Shown here: positions 63,902 to 64,000 of the stretch, in pieces
How positions within the stretch are numbered: position 1 is the stretch's first letter
How the letters are laid out: each line of letters opens with the position of its first letter
Origin: Amoebidium appalachense
Taxonomy: Eukaryota; Protista; Ichthyosporea
DNA length: 64,000 bases
Direction of reading: 5' to 3'
Assembly (NCBI GenBank): GCA_963693365.1
Contig: CAVNZM010000002.1
Location: 2,000,259 to 2,064,258 of the forward strand
Notes under the pieces: generated by a model
The model's input: only the letters and a program-made list of their open reading frames with translations
The model's database searches: none
What the model was told of the DNA's origin: nothing
Program-made: the position numbers and the translations under genes

Positions 63902-64000
63902 TGTTGTTTTGTGTGGGTAAACGGGAAAGCAGAGTGCACAGATGGGTGTTATGTTATACACAACACAGAGACACACGGGAGAAACACAACCGGAGAGGTG
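63902..64000. mobile_element. LTR-like terminus inserted in hAT copy 2
   Basis: Matches 15623-15721. Confidence 0.7.

Overview
Eukaryotic genomic DNA, rich in introns and transposons. Talin plus a TGY-type p38 MAPK and the intron style suggest a unicellular animal relative or similar protist (inference only). Most ORFs in the supplied track are artefacts of poly-C/poly-G runs and (CA)n/(CT)n microsatellites. Host genes reconstructed by hand from GT-AG exons: a DEAD-box RNA helicase (minus, ~28.2-38.3 kb), a p38/Hog1 MAP kinase (minus, ~42.9-52.0 kb), a frameshifted orphan 3' fragment of talin (13.4-15.6 kb), an intronless single-C2H2-finger protein (56.5-57.4 kb), and an intronless Tox-ART-HYD1-like ADP-ribosyltransferase gene (40.3-40.8 kb). 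Unidentified spliced coding remnants lie at 4.5-13 kb. Mobile DNA includes a nest at 15.6-26.7 kb: a decayed Ty1/copia, a TA-flanked pogo-like DNA transposon in its LTR, and a three-LTR Ty3/gypsy derivative with a 5-bp TSD in its 3' UTR. There is also an apparently intact intron-containing PIF/Harbinger (TTA TSD), two inverted non-autonomous hAT copies, foldback MITEs and solo-LTR-like sequences. Most interesting: the ART toxin-like gene, a dispersed ~80-130-bp intronic element lying sense to its host genes, a tandem array of duplicated splice acceptors, poly-C tracts fixed just after splice donors, and the LTR-PBS-PPT-LTR minimal unit. All identifications come from reading motifs; no database searches were run.
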